Below the pieces are notes generated by a model. It had not been told where the DNA came from and did not search any database. It saw only the letters and a list, made by a program, of their open reading frames with translations. Shown in pieces: positions 12,449 through 21,927 of a stretch of DNA of 64,000 nucleotides (position 1 is its first letter; each line of letters opens with the position of its first letter). The stretch is from the NCBI GenBank assembly GCA_963674825.1, contig OY771587.1, positions 96,001 to 160,000 on the forward strand, given 5' to 3'. Source of the stretch: Candidatus Cloacimonadales bacterium (lineage in GTDB: Bacteria; Cloacimonadota; Cloacimonadia; Cloacimonadales; JAIOQZ01). A program made the position numbers and the translations under genes.

Positions 12449-13702
12449 ATGCTTAACGAACAACAGAAACTGGACGCACTGATACGGTTGGGTACGGAGC
12501 TCAACCAGGTAAATGATCTCGATCTCCTTCTTGAACACCTTTTGACCGTTGCCCGGAAATTCGTGAATGCAGACGCGGGAACTGTCTATGTACGCCGCGG
12601 CGAGGATTTCTATTTCTTTCTTTTACAAAATGACACGCAAGAGGGCAAGGGCGACGACGCCAAGATCCAGCTACCTGGTGCAATCTTCCGCAAACCTGTG
12701 CGACCGGACAGCATCGCCGGGTACGTTGCGAGGACCGGAGAATTTCTCAACATTCCAGACGCTCATCACATACCAACAGATGCTCCATACAGCTTCAATG
12801 TACAATACGATAACGAATCCGGTTACCGTACCGGCTCGATGCTAACCATCCCGCTAAACAACAAACGTGGCCTTCCGCTTGGAATCCTCCAAATTATCAA
12901 TGCTCATGATGCAGATGGTAACATTGTCAGTTTTTCCGAGGCGGATGAACGAATCATGTTCCATTTTGCCACCATCGCGGCAATCGCTCTCGAACGAGCT
13001 CAGATGACACGTGCATTGCTGCTACGGATGATCCGCATGGCAGAGCTACGCGATCCCAAGGAAACCGGCGCACACGTTAACCGTGTGGGAAGCTTCTCGG
13101 TAGCGCTTTATCAGGAATGGGCAAAGCGGCACAATATCCCGGAGGACGAGGTTGTCCGCTGGCGGGATATCCTGCGCATGGCTGCAATGCTGCACGACGC
13201 AGGGAAAGTTGGCATTTCCGATTCTATCTTGAAGAAACCGGGGCGCCTCACTGATGAAGAACGCAAGATCATGAACCAGCACAGCTTGTTCGGGGCGCAG
13301 CTCTTCAGTGACATCCAGTCCGATTTTGATGAAATCGCATCGAAAGTAGCGCTCAATCATCACGAAAACTGGGATGGGACAGGATATCCAGGGCATATCG
13401 ACAGCGTGACCGGCAAACCGCTCCAAGGATATGAGAATCCAGATGGTACCGCGCGCGGCAAGATCGGAGATGAAACACCACTTTTCGGCAGAATCGTCAA
13501 ACTCGCGGATGTATATGACGCACTTTCCAGCCAGCGCTGCTACAAGCCTGCCTGGGATGAGGAACGAGTGCTTCAGGTGATTCTGGAAGAATCGGGGACA
13601 TCCTTTGATCCGGAGTTGGTGGAAATCTTTATGGAAAACCTTGATACAATGCGCACCATCCAACAACGATATGCCGAAGACCAGGCGGATAATCATGCGT
13701 AA
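12449..13702 (+). CDS. GAF + HD-GYP c-di-GMP phosphodiesterase
   Basis: GAF (SIAGYVARTGE, GYRTGSMLTIPL); LHDAGK; HHENWDGTGYP; ADVYDAL. Confidence 0.92.
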   Translation: MLNEQQKLDALIRLGTELNQVNDLDLLLEHLLTVARKFVNADAGTVYVRRGEDFYFFLLQNDTQEGKGDDAKIQLPGAIFRKPVRPDSIAGYVARTGEFLNIPDAHHIPTDAPYSFNVQYDNESGYRTGSMLTIPLNNKRGLPLGILQIINAHDADGNIVSFSEADERIMFHFATIAAIALERAQMTRALLLRMIRMAELRDPKETGAHVNRVGSFSVALYQEWAKRHNIPEDEVVRWRDILRMAAMLHDAGKVGISDSILKKPGRLTDEERKIMNQHSLFGAQLFSDIQSDFDEIASKVALNHHENWDGTGYPGHIDSVTGKPLQGYENPDGTARGKIGDETPLFGRIVKLADVYDALSSQRCYKPAWDEERVLQVILEESGTSFDPELVEIFMENLDTMRTIQQRYAEDQADNHA

Positions 13703-14108
13703 GCAAATATTCATCATATTCGTCTTGACGCTTTGCGGCATTCTTCTTGCCTCGGTTGAGGATAAGCTTCGAGAAGGTCGGATTCTATTTGCCAAGGGGA
13801 ACTACCGTCAAGCGCTGGAGATTGCGAACGAGATCATCGAGACCGATCCCCACAACGCGCCTGCCTTTCATCTTAAGGGTGACTGCTGGTTTAAAATCGG
13901 CAAGAAGAAACCCGCGCTGGAAGCTTTCCTGAACGCTGTAAAATACGACGCTAAAGATGCGGAGGCGTATCTCAAGATTGGTGGGCTCTATTACCTGGAT
14001 CAGCAGGTTGATAAAGCGGTCGAGTACGTAAAAAAGGCTGCGGATCTCGGCGATAAGCGCGCGATCAATATTCTCAAGCGCTACGAAGAACATCAGTCAA
14101 CGAACTGA
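13695..14108 (+). CDS. Secreted TPR protein
   Basis: Signal peptide MRKQIFIIFVLTLCGILLA; TPR repeats; KKAADLG. Confidence 0.85.
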   Translation: MRKQIFIIFVLTLCGILLASVEDKLREGRILFAKGNYRQALEIANEIIETDPHNAPAFHLKGDCWFKIGKKKPALEAFLNAVKYDAKDAEAYLKIGGLYYLDQQVDKAVEYVKKAADLGDKRAINILKRYEEHQSTN

Positions 14109-14162
14109 GCCGCATCCCGTTAGAGCATAGCATTTCCTGAATTCGAAGGAATCGCATAAAGC

Positions 14163-15329
14163 ATGAATATCACAGTCAAGAAATTCGGCGGTACCTCTGT
14201 CGGAACCATCGAACGAATCAAGCATGTAGCAAGATTGATCGCTGACGACCACGAAGTGAACCCGTTCATGGTCGTGGTGGTCTCGGCGATGGGGCATACG
14301 ACCGACGAGCTTGTGAAGCTGGCATACGAAGTTTCAGACAGACCATCGGAACGTGAGATGGACATGCTTCTCACCGCGGGTGAGCGTATCAGCATGTCGC
14401 TACTCTCCATTGCGCTGCACAAATACGGTATCGATTCGATTTCTTTCACCGGATCGCAAAGCGGTATCATTACAGATACACATCATGGCAACGCCAAGAT
14501 CCTCAATGTAAGCGCTTATCGCCTCTGGGAAGAGCTCGAGAAAGAGAAAGTCGTGATCGTTGCCGGATTCCAGGGTGTAAGTCAGCTAAAAGAGATCACA
14601 ACGCTTGGGCGTGGCGGATCAGACACAACCGCTGTAGCGCTCGCGTGCTATCTTGACGCTGTTTCCTGCGAAATCTATACAGATGTTCCAGGCATTTTCA
14701 CAGCTGACCCAAATCGGATCCCGCTGTCCCGTAAAATCGACGAAGTGGAATTCGAAACCGCGCTTGCACTTGCCTACAATGGTTGCTCGGTTATCCACCC
14801 CAGGGCAGTAGAGTATGCGATGAACTTTAATAAAACGATCGAGATTAAATCGTCGATGACAAACGAGCCGGGGACACTGATTAAAAAGGATTGTTTGATG
14901 GAAGAGAAAAAAGTAACGGCTATTACAACGCGCAATTCGCTATGTTCTATGCGTTTGGACATGGATTCCGCTTCCGGCTCCACTTTCCTCGAGGAGCTTT
15001 CCGACATAGGAATCGATATTTTTCACTATGCAATCGAGGATTCACACATTATACTATTATACGTCGAAAGTGGGAGTGTATCCCGAATTCGAATGAAGGC
15101 TGATCAGTCCGGCGTTGAGCCCGAAGTTCGGGATGAAATTTCCGCTATCACACTTGCAGGAAAACACATCTGGAACGATATGAAACTGGTCGCCGATATA
15201 ATGAATGAAATTGGTCGCGACAGTGCGTTCAGTATTGCGCATTCATATCGCAGCATTACGCTGTTCGTACCCGAAACGGAAGAAGAGAGAATCGCAGCTC
15301 GACTGCATAAAAAATTTCTTGAAGGATAA
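14163..15329 (+). CDS. lysC: Aspartate kinase
   Basis: KFGGTSV, VVSAMG, VAGFQG, TLGRGGSDTTA, YTDVPGIFTADP. Confidence 0.93.
   Translation: MNITVKKFGGTSVGTIERIKHVARLIADDHEVNPFMVVVVSAMGHTTDELVKLAYEVSDRPSEREMDMLLTAGERISMSLLSIALHKYGIDSISFTGSQSGIITDTHHGNAKILNVSAYRLWEELEKEKVVIVAGFQGVSQLKEITTLGRGGSDTTAVALACYLDAVSCEIYTDVPGIFTADPNRIPLSRKIDEVEFETALALAYNGCSVIHPRAVEYAMNFNKTIEIKSSMTNEPGTLIKKDCLMEEKKVTAITTRNSLCSMRLDMDSASGSTFLEELSDIGIDIFHYAIEDSHIILLYVESGSVSRIRMKADQSGVEPEVRDEISAITLAGKHIWNDMKLVADIMNEIGRDSAFSIAHSYRSITLFVPETEEERIAARLHKKFLEG
14898..15329 (+). CDS. Probable aspartate kinase beta subunit from an in-frame internal start (Met246)
   Basis: AAAGGA at 14885-14890, 7 nt before in-frame ATG (MEEKKVTAI); matches the alpha/beta arrangement of Bacillus and Corynebacterium lysC. 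Confidence 0.6.
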   Translation: MEEKKVTAITTRNSLCSMRLDMDSASGSTFLEELSDIGIDIFHYAIEDSHIILLYVESGSVSRIRMKADQSGVEPEVRDEISAITLAGKHIWNDMKLVADIMNEIGRDSAFSIAHSYRSITLFVPETEEERIAARLHKKFLEG

Positions 15330-15334
15330 GATAG

Positions 15335-15709
15335 ATGAGTTTGAGCACGACAGTCCTGCTTGTCGAAGATGATGCAACACTTGCTGAGCTGGCAAGAGAA
15401 ATGCTGGCGATGTTTGGCATAGAAGTATTGGTTGCCGAATCAATGGAACTCGCAATAGAGAACTATCAACAGCGTGTCACTGATATCCGGCTGGTTATTT
15501 TCGATATGAATCTGGAAAAGGCTACCGGCATCGAAGTTTTCGAAGCGCTCAAAGAAATAGATGATGATTTCGTATCCATTCTCGCATCCGGCATGATTAC
15601 CGACATGGATATCAAGAAGTACAAGGACATGGGATTCAACGAGATCATCAAGAAGCCGTACAGCTTCAAGAATCTGAAAGAGATCATTACCGGTTATCTG
15701 GAAGGGTAA
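15335..15709 (+). CDS. Single-domain response regulator
   Basis: VLLVEDD, VIFDMNL, ASG, KKPY. Confidence 0.9.
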   Translation: MSLSTTVLLVEDDATLAELAREMLAMFGIEVLVAESMELAIENYQQRVTDIRLVIFDMNLEKATGIEVFEALKEIDDDFVSILASGMITDMDIKKYKDMGFNEIIKKPYSFKNLKEIITGYLEG

Positions 15710-15825
15710 CGGGCGAGTTTTACCGATTCCATTCAAGCAGACAAGCGTCCGCCAATATAGCATATTCAGATAATTAAAATACCTATCCCACAATCATAAC
15801 TGGTGACTCGTAACTTGTTACTACC

Positions 15826-16539
15826 CTACTTCCTCAACGCTATCTTCAGATCCTCGATGGTGGGTGATTCCATCTCCAGAATTGTATAGCCTGAGCCGAT
15901 ATCCTTGAGGTAGTGTGCATCGGAGTTGCGAATCAGCGAATAGCTAGCGGCAGCAGGATAATCAGCGAGGAATTTCTCAACGTCACAATTGGCAGTGATA
16001 CCCAATGCAATAATCAGCGGATTAGCTGGAAAGAACCCAAGCTGGCTGATCAGACTGTAGGTAGCAGCATTCACGTGTGCCGGGAAGCCGAAGCCACCGT
16101 ATTGATTGATCATTTCGAGCGTGGTATCAAGATCCCACATCACTGAGTTCAGTAGCGCTTTCTCCTCGCAGCGAACGATGTTTTCATCATCATCTACCAC
16201 GACCTGGTCTCCAAAATACTCCGGATCGTTTGGGATCGGTGGGAGCGCTTCGTATAGCTCCCGGTCGAATTGCATGGCTTTCTCTTCATCGTCGAAAAGC
16301 CCCACAACATGGATTTCCTCCATAGTCTGGATTTCGACGCCGAAGAAGCAGGCGATTCCGGCGGCGCTAGCAGCGCGATGGAAGACCGCGCTGTTGGCCA
16401 GGGTATTGTGGTCCGTAATCGCGATGCAATCCAGCTTCTCTTCCAAGGCTCGACGGATAACGCTTGATGGCGACATTTCCAGCGAACCGCAAGGAGAAAG
16501 CACGGAATGGATGTGCAGATCACATTTCCAGGATTTCAA
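15826..16539 (-). CDS. PHP-domain protein of the type found in hydrogenase regulatory operons
   Basis: DLHIHSVLSPCG, ITDHN, EIQTMEEIH, PAHV, NSDAH. Confidence 0.9.
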   Translation of the reverse strand: MKSWKCDLHIHSVLSPCGSLEMSPSSVIRRALEEKLDCIAITDHNTLANSAVFHRAASAAGIACFFGVEIQTMEEIHVVGLFDDEEKAMQFDRELYEALPPIPNDPEYFGDQVVVDDDENIVRCEEKALLNSVMWDLDTTLEMINQYGGFGFPAHVNAATYSLISQLGFFPANPLIIALGITANCDVEKFLADYPAAASYSLIRNSDAHYLKDIGSGYTILEMESPTIEDLKIALRK

Positions 16540-16542
16540 GCA

Positions 16543-16893
16543 TTACGCTCCGCTGTGCAGTTCTTGATAAAGAAGGCCAGCGATTTCAAAGGTAGTCAGC
16601 GGACTAACCACCAGCGCGATTTCTTCTTTCTCGGCGCGTTCGATGATCGTTGCTTCGGGCTTGAGATTACGAGCAAAAACCACTGCGGGAATTCCAGCCA
16701 GTGATGCCACGGCGATGACGTTCAGATGGCGCATGATGGTGATCCAAAGCTGCCCATCCTTCGCATTGCCCATAACGTCGCTAAGAAGATCGGAAACGTA
16801 GCCACCGGTGATAATTACCTCTTCGATACCATCTTTCTTTGTAATGATTTCTCCCTGGATGATTTCGGAGAATTTTTCGAGATCGATTTTCAT
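16543..16893 (-). CDS. DRTGG-domain protein
   Basis: GGYVSDLLSDVM, WITIMRHLNVIAVASL. Confidence 0.88.
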   Translation of the reverse strand: MKIDLEKFSEIIQGEIITKKDGIEEVIITGGYVSDLLSDVMGNAKDGQLWITIMRHLNVIAVASLAGIPAVVFARNLKPEATIIERAEKEEIALVVSPLTTFEIAGLLYQELHSGA

Positions 16894-17025
16894 AGCTGAT
16901 ACTCCAATACTGTGTATATTATTTCAAGGGATAATATTTCGACGCGTGAATCTCTGTAAACAAAAACCTTCAGGAAATGTGTTGATAATCGCTGTCTGTA
17001 TGAATCACTGCATAGAAATTATCCA

Positions 17026-17055
17026 TTGACAGGCTTTGAGAATTAATTATATCAT
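17026..17055 (+). promoter_or_regulatory. Putative sigma70 promoter of the signalling cassette
   Basis: TTGACA (17026) - 18 nt - TATCAT (17050). Confidence 0.5.
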
Positions 17056-17154
17056 ACCGTTCATGAGTAGGATTCGGAATCCGCTGCATTATCATGAGAT
17101 ACCGTAGCCTGAACGAATGATGTGGTGCAATGATTGACCTAATAATCTCAAGAT

Positions 17155-19881
17155 ATGGAGATTGCCGTGAATAAAATGCCGCTAAAACTCCTGTACGTCG
17201 ATGATGATCCGCAAATACGCAGCATCGTTGGTGAGATGATGCATACGCTCGCTGAAACGGTGTACATTGGCGAAAATGGTCAGGAAGGGCTCGAGCTCTA
17301 TAAAATGCACAAACCCGACCTCGTTGTTACCGACATCCGCATGCCGGTTATGAACGGGCTGGAAATGATCCGCAGGATTCGTGAACATGGCTCTGAAGCG
17401 AGATTCATTGTGATGTCCGCTCACGAGGAGACTGATTTCTTCCTTTCCGCAATCGACGTTGGCGTCAATGGCTTTCTGATTAAACCTATCGAAAGTCAGA
17501 AGCTTTCTTCTCTCGTGCGTGAATTGGGACGTTCCGCGATCCTTGAACGGCAGCTTCGCGAGGAAGAAGCTCAACGCAAGCAAATGCAGCAAGCACTCTC
17601 AGAGAGCGAACAACGCTATCAGATCGCAACACAAGCAGGGCGCGTCGGAGTTTGGGAGTGGTGCCTGGACACGGAAGAGATTTACTTCTACCCCACATTA
17701 AAACTTATCCTCGGCATTGAGGGTCAAGATATTGGATATCACGTTACCGATCTTGAAAAATTCTTGCCGGTTGCTGAAGCTAAACGCTTTATCAAGGCAG
17801 GCTACGACCACCTTGAGGGCAAAACGGAGCAGGTTGAGATCGAAGAACGTCTTTATTGCAGTGATTGCAAGACTCGGTACGTATTATTCCGCGGAAAGGC
17901 GATTTACGACGAAAAAGGAAATGCTAAGAAGCTGATCGGAACCGGCACAGATATCACGCAGCTACGTCAAGCGGAGGACAACCTCAAAAACGAGCGGAAC
18001 CTATTTATCCAGGGACCAGTCGTGATCCTTCGTTGGGATCCGATCAATCAAGATGAAATGCAGCTCGAATATGTTTCACCCAACTGCACGGATATCATCG
18101 GCTTCAGCAAAGAGCAGATCCTCGATGAAGCGGGTGGGTTCGATAATCTGATTCATATCAGCGATCGCCGTCGAGTGCTTGAAGAACGTGAATATTTCTT
18201 CTCCAAACCAAGTATTTCAAACTTTGAACACGCCCCGTTCCGCATCGTACATATCGAAGGCGATGTGATCTGGGTGAAGATGTATATTACCGTGATACGC
18301 GACAAACAGGGAGCGTTCAGTAACCTTCTGGGCTACGTTGTCGATATCACAGATCAGAAGCGCTACGAACAGGAGCTTCGGATCGCGAAAGATCAGGCGG
18401 AACGCGCAGCGACAGCAAAAAGTGAATTCCTGGCGAACATGAGCCATGAAATCCGCACACCGATGAATGCTGTTCTCGGGTTCGCGGAGTTGCTGGATCA
18501 ATTGGTGACGGACGAACGTCAACGCAGCTATTTGCAATCGATCAAATCAAGCGGCAAGAACCTCCTCACGCTTATCAACGACATTCTCGACCTATCCAAG
18601 ATCGAAGCCGGTAAGTTGGAGCTTCAGTTTGAGCCGGTAAGTCTTTACTCCCTTTTCGAGGAAATCCGTCATATCTTCAATGTACGAATCCAGGAAAAGG
18701 GACTCCAACTGCTGATCAATATCGATCAGAATCTACCGCCGAGCCTGCTTCTGGATGAAGTACGGCTGCGCCAGATTCTTTTCAACCTGATCGGTAATGC
18801 GGTGAAGTTCACCGATCGCGGTCATATTAGTCTCACTGCAGAAAAACGCGCTGATAGTCAGGATGGCAGCACCATTGATCTGGTATTCGAAATCGAAGAT
18901 ACCGGTATCGGCATCCCGATCGAATCGATTGAAAAAATCTTCGAGTCATTCCGTCAGCAGGACGGACAGAGCACCAAGAAATATGGAGGCACGGGCCTGG
19001 GGCTGACGATCACCAAGCGGCTGGTCGAGATGATGAATGGCCGGATCGCTGTCCGTAGCGTACTCAACAAAGGCTCAGTGTTCGAGATTGTTTTCCGCGA
19101 CGTGGCAATCTCAGCGCAATCGGCAAAAGTGAAGCGCGAAGAGCTCTTCGATCCAGATAAAATCACCTTTGAACCGGCTACCGTTCTCGTGGTCGATGAC
19201 ATAGAGAACAACCGGAATCTGGTTAAGGAATTCCTCTTGAGCCAACCGCTTACGATTATCGAAGCGAAGGATGGAAAAGAGGCGATCGAAGTTGCCCGAG
19301 CTAACAAGCCGGATATCATATTTATGGATATTCGTATGCCTATCATGAATGGTGATGAGGCAACGGAGATCCTGAAAAACGACGACGAGACGAAGGACAT
19401 CATCGTCATCGCGCTGACAGCGTCGGTGATGAAATCGGATATCGACCAGATCATGGAGAAAGGTTTCGACAGCTTCCTGAGAAAGCCTGTCCAGCGACAT
19501 GATCTGCTGAAAGAACTGGCTCAACACCTCGCGAATTCAGCTCCCGAGCAACCGGAAATTATCGAGCCGCAAGAATTCAGCTACAAGATGGAAGATATTG
19601 ATATCCGTCCGGAAATGCTGGATGAGCTGAACGATCGATTCAAAGAGACGTTCCAGTCGGCTCAGGCAAGTGGCGACATCGACGAAATAGGCTCATTTGC
19701 GGATGAACTGCAAGCCTTTGCACAAGAAAAAGCGATTCCCCCCGTGGAAGATTTTGCGCATCAATTGAAAACGCATGTTATGAATTTCGATATTGAGAGA
19801 ATGACAAACCTGTTTCAGCGTTTTCCCGTATTGGTTGAAGAACTTGAACAGTCCTGTAACGACAGCGGAGGTAAAGAATGA
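17155..19881 (+). CDS. Cytoplasmic hybrid histidine kinase (REC-PAS-PAS-HisKA-HATPase-REC)
   Basis: VTDIRMP; two PAS/PAC; SHEIRTPM; NLIGNAVKFT; DTGIGI; GGTGLGL; FMDIRMP. Confidence 0.95.
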   Translation: MEIAVNKMPLKLLYVDDDPQIRSIVGEMMHTLAETVYIGENGQEGLELYKMHKPDLVVTDIRMPVMNGLEMIRRIREHGSEARFIVMSAHEETDFFLSAIDVGVNGFLIKPIESQKLSSLVRELGRSAILERQLREEEAQRKQMQQALSESEQRYQIATQAGRVGVWEWCLDTEEIYFYPTLKLILGIEGQDIGYHVTDLEKFLPVAEAKRFIKAGYDHLEGKTEQVEIEERLYCSDCKTRYVLFRGKAIYDEKGNAKKLIGTGTDITQLRQAEDNLKNERNLFIQGPVVILRWDPINQDEMQLEYVSPNCTDIIGFSKEQILDEAGGFDNLIHISDRRRVLEEREYFFSKPSISNFEHAPFRIVHIEGDVIWVKMYITVIRDKQGAFSNLLGYVVDITDQKRYEQELRIAKDQAERAATAKSEFLANMSHEIRTPMNAVLGFAELLDQLVTDERQRSYLQSIKSSGKNLLTLINDILDLSKIEAGKLELQFEPVSLYSLFEEIRHIFNVRIQEKGLQLLINIDQNLPPSLLLDEVRLRQILFNLIGNAVKFTDRGHISLTAEKRADSQDGSTIDLVFEIEDTGIGIPIESIEKIFESFRQQDGQSTKKYGGTGLGLTITKRLVEMMNGRIAVRSVLNKGSVFEIVFRDVAISAQSAKVKREELFDPDKITFEPATVLVVDDIENNRNLVKEFLLSQPLTIIEAKDGKEAIEVARANKPDIIFMDIRMPIMNGDEATEILKNDDETKDIIVIALTASVMKSDIDQIMEKGFDSFLRKPVQRHDLLKELAQHLANSAPEQPEIIEPQEFSYKMEDIDIRPEMLDELNDRFKETFQSAQASGDIDEIGSFADELQAFAQEKAIPPVEDFAHQLKTHVMNFDIERMTNLFQRFPVLVEELEQSCNDSGGKE

Positions 19882-21029
19882 ACGAGGATAAATACAGGCT
19901 GCTGCTGGTAGATGACGTGCCTAACAACATCATGGTTGCCGGAAATATCCTGCGAAAGATGAACTACTCGATCGTCTTCGCGACAAATGGACGAGAAGCG
20001 CTCGATCGCGTGAAGATGAACAGCTTCGATTTGATCCTGCTGGATATCATGATGCCTGAGATGGACGGCTTCGAGGTGTGTCGCAGGCTTAAGGGCGATC
20101 CGGCGACCAAGGATATCCCGATCATCTTCCTCACAGCCAAGATGGATACTGAAAGCATCGTTCAGGCATACGACGTCGGTGGACAGGACTTTGTCACCAA
20201 ACCTTTCAACGAAACCGAGCTGCTTGCCCGTATCAAGGTACATCTCGAGCTCAGCAAATCGCACGAGAAGCTTAGAAACATGAATGACAAGCTTCAGCAC
20301 GAGATCAATGAACGAACGCAACTCGAAGAGGAAATCCGCAAGAAAAACGAGGAACTCGACCGACGAGTCAAAGAACGCACTACCGAATTGCGTATCGAGA
20401 TCGAAGAACGCAAGAAAACCGGTGAAGCGCTTAAAAAGACTAATAACCGGCTAAATGAACTCACTTTCGAAATCATCTTCACCATGGCACGCCTGGTGGA
20501 AATTCGCGATCCGTACACCGCTGGTCATCAGCAGCGCGTGTGGCAACTCGCCCACGCAATCGGCGAAGAGATGAAACTCGAACAGAACAGCATGGAAGCG
20601 CTCAGAGCGGCAGCGATCGTTCACGATCTCGGTAAGATGTATATCCCCAGCGAGATTCTCTCCAAACCAGGCAGACTGGAGCCTGTTGAATTCGAATTTC
20701 TCAAGCTGCACCCATCCAAGGGATACGAAATCCTCAAAGCGATCGACTTCCCCTGGCCTGTCGCCGATATCGTGTATCAGCATCATGAGAGGATAAACGG
20801 AACCGGTTACCCGAACAAACTCACCGGTGACCAGATTCTCCCTGAAGCAAAGATCATCGCGGTTTCCGACGTTGTCGAAGCGATCTCGTCTCACCGTCCG
20901 TACCGTCCATCTTTGGGTATTGATTTTGCCCTTGAACAGATACAAAAGGAAAAAGGAACCTCCTTCGAAGCTGAAGTTGTAGACGCCTGTTTACGGGTAT
21001 TCCAAAATGGCTTCAGCTTTCAGAAGTAA
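19878..21029 (+). CDS. Response regulator with HD-GYP phosphodiesterase output
   Basis: LLDIMMP; RDPYTAGH; HDLGK; HHERINGTGYP; HRPYR. Confidence 0.93.
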   Translation: MNEDKYRLLLVDDVPNNIMVAGNILRKMNYSIVFATNGREALDRVKMNSFDLILLDIMMPEMDGFEVCRRLKGDPATKDIPIIFLTAKMDTESIVQAYDVGGQDFVTKPFNETELLARIKVHLELSKSHEKLRNMNDKLQHEINERTQLEEEIRKKNEELDRRVKERTTELRIEIEERKKTGEALKKTNNRLNELTFEIIFTMARLVEIRDPYTAGHQQRVWQLAHAIGEEMKLEQNSMEALRAAAIVHDLGKMYIPSEILSKPGRLEPVEFEFLKLHPSKGYEILKAIDFPWPVADIVYQHHERINGTGYPNKLTGDQILPEAKIIAVSDVVEAISSHRPYRPSLGIDFALEQIQKEKGTSFEAEVVDACLRVFQNGFSFQK

Positions 21030-21045
21030 TTGACGATAAAGGATT

Positions 21046-21927
21046 ATGGATCTATCAAGCGAACCGATAATTACCATCAATGAGATCCTGAAGCTTGTCA
21101 ATCAGTCGTATATATCGACGATCCGACATAGCTTGATGGAAATATTCCGTGTGATTAACGATCCGGGAACAAGCGCCCGGGATCTCACCGAAATCATCGA
21201 ACACGATCCGCCTCTCTGTGCTAAAGTCATCCGACTCGCAAACTCCGCTTATTACGGGTCAAGACGCTATATTGACGAAATCAAGCAGGCAATCGTCTGG
21301 CTTGGCTTCAATACGGTCAAAGAACTCGCCCTGAGCCAGAAGATTTGCGAACTTTTCCACGGCGCTGACCAACTGATCGGCACCTACTCCCGGACAAACC
21401 TCTGGAAGCACAGTGCTGCGGTAGCGCTTTGTGGGAAGATGATATACCGTCGCGAGCTGCGCGATCCGGGTCAGGTCGTCTATACCGCCGGTCTACTACA
21501 CGATATTGGCATCATCATCGAAGATCAGTTTCTGCATGAAACGTTTGTAAAAAACGTGATCGAAGCGGAAAGCACCGAACAGGACCTCTATCTGGTAGAA
21601 AAAGCCAGACAAGGCATCACACACCAGCAGATCGGCTATGCGATCGCAGAGAATTGGGGTTTCCCAGTGAATTTGTCTGTCGGTATCGGCCACCACCACA
21701 CGCCAGTGCACGCAATTAGCGGAAATCAGCAGATGAATTACGTGCTGTATATTGCCAATTATGTATGCCAGAAGATGGAAATCGGATATTCGGATGCTCC
21801 GTATTCCGATGACGATACCTATGAAAAGTGTCTTAACGATCTTGGGATCGATCAGATTTCAATTGACCTGATTAGTGAAGATCTTATAAATGAGATTCTT
21901 AAAATGGAACAACATGGGTGGTTCTAA
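21046..21927 (+). CDS. HDOD-domain protein
   Basis: DPPLCAKVIRLANSAYYG, LGFNTV, LWKHS, GLLHDIG, HQQIG...WGFP. Confidence 0.92.
   Translation: MDLSSEPIITINEILKLVNQSYISTIRHSLMEIFRVINDPGTSARDLTEIIEHDPPLCAKVIRLANSAYYGSRRYIDEIKQAIVWLGFNTVKELALSQKICELFHGADQLIGTYSRTNLWKHSAAVALCGKMIYRRELRDPGQVVYTAGLLHDIGIIIEDQFLHETFVKNVIEAESTEQDLYLVEKARQGITHQQIGYAIAENWGFPVNLSVGIGHHHTPVHAISGNQQMNYVLYIANYVCQKMEIGYSDAPYSDDDTYEKCLNDLGIDQISIDLISEDLINEILKMEQHGWF

Noticed and set aside
15797..15824. Four degenerate heptamers (TAACTGG TGACTCG TAACTTG TTACTAC)
   Set aside because: Too short and degenerate to assign any function.
17058..17115. Riboswitch-like multi-stem leader before the hybrid kinase
   Set aside because: Stems are short, there is no match to a family I recognise, and the closing stem would begin upstream of the predicted TSS.
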